A stretch of DNA of 64,000 nt from Eledone cirrhosa (lineage: Eukaryota). Position numbers and translations under genes: made by a program. The stretch lies in the NCBI GenBank assembly GCA_964016885.1, contig OZ024741.1:131130001-131194000 (forward strand). The letters run 5' to 3'. The notes beneath the pieces were generated by a model. That model was not told the origin of the DNA, made no database searches, and worked only from the letters and a program-made list of their open reading frames with translations. Shown one piece after another: positions 62,956-64,000 of this stretch; the stretch's first letter is position 1, and each line of letters opens with the position of its first letter.

Positions 62956-64000
<1,045 letters not shown>

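Overview
AT-rich, microsatellite-dense eukaryotic DNA. The SINE and Penelope content resembles octopod cephalopod repeats as I recall them; this is an inference, not a database result. No intact host gene is visible. The window is dominated by a ~36 kb array (9813-46036) of ACC/ATC/ACT/AAC triplets with a hexamer grammar, kb-scale internal duplications and 15 single-base register shifts, several copied along with the duplications. The giant Val/Met, Gly-Asp-Ser, His/Tyr, Pro/Ser and Thr/Ile ORFs are reading frames of this array. The flanks hold a decayed LINE RT, SINEs and at least four families of 5'-truncated Penelope-like elements (GIY-YIG fragments) inserted in (TA)n tracts, often with an inverted copy of their own 3' end. 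About 15 type I hammerhead ribozyme motifs, some degenerate, can be read by eye. The best is in a near-identical 482-nt tandem/inverted retrozyme-like element (59492-60875) predicted to release a 482-nt, possibly circular, RNA. Two phase-compatible candidate exons (4511-4566, 52308-52382) suggest most of the window may be one ~47.7 kb intron.
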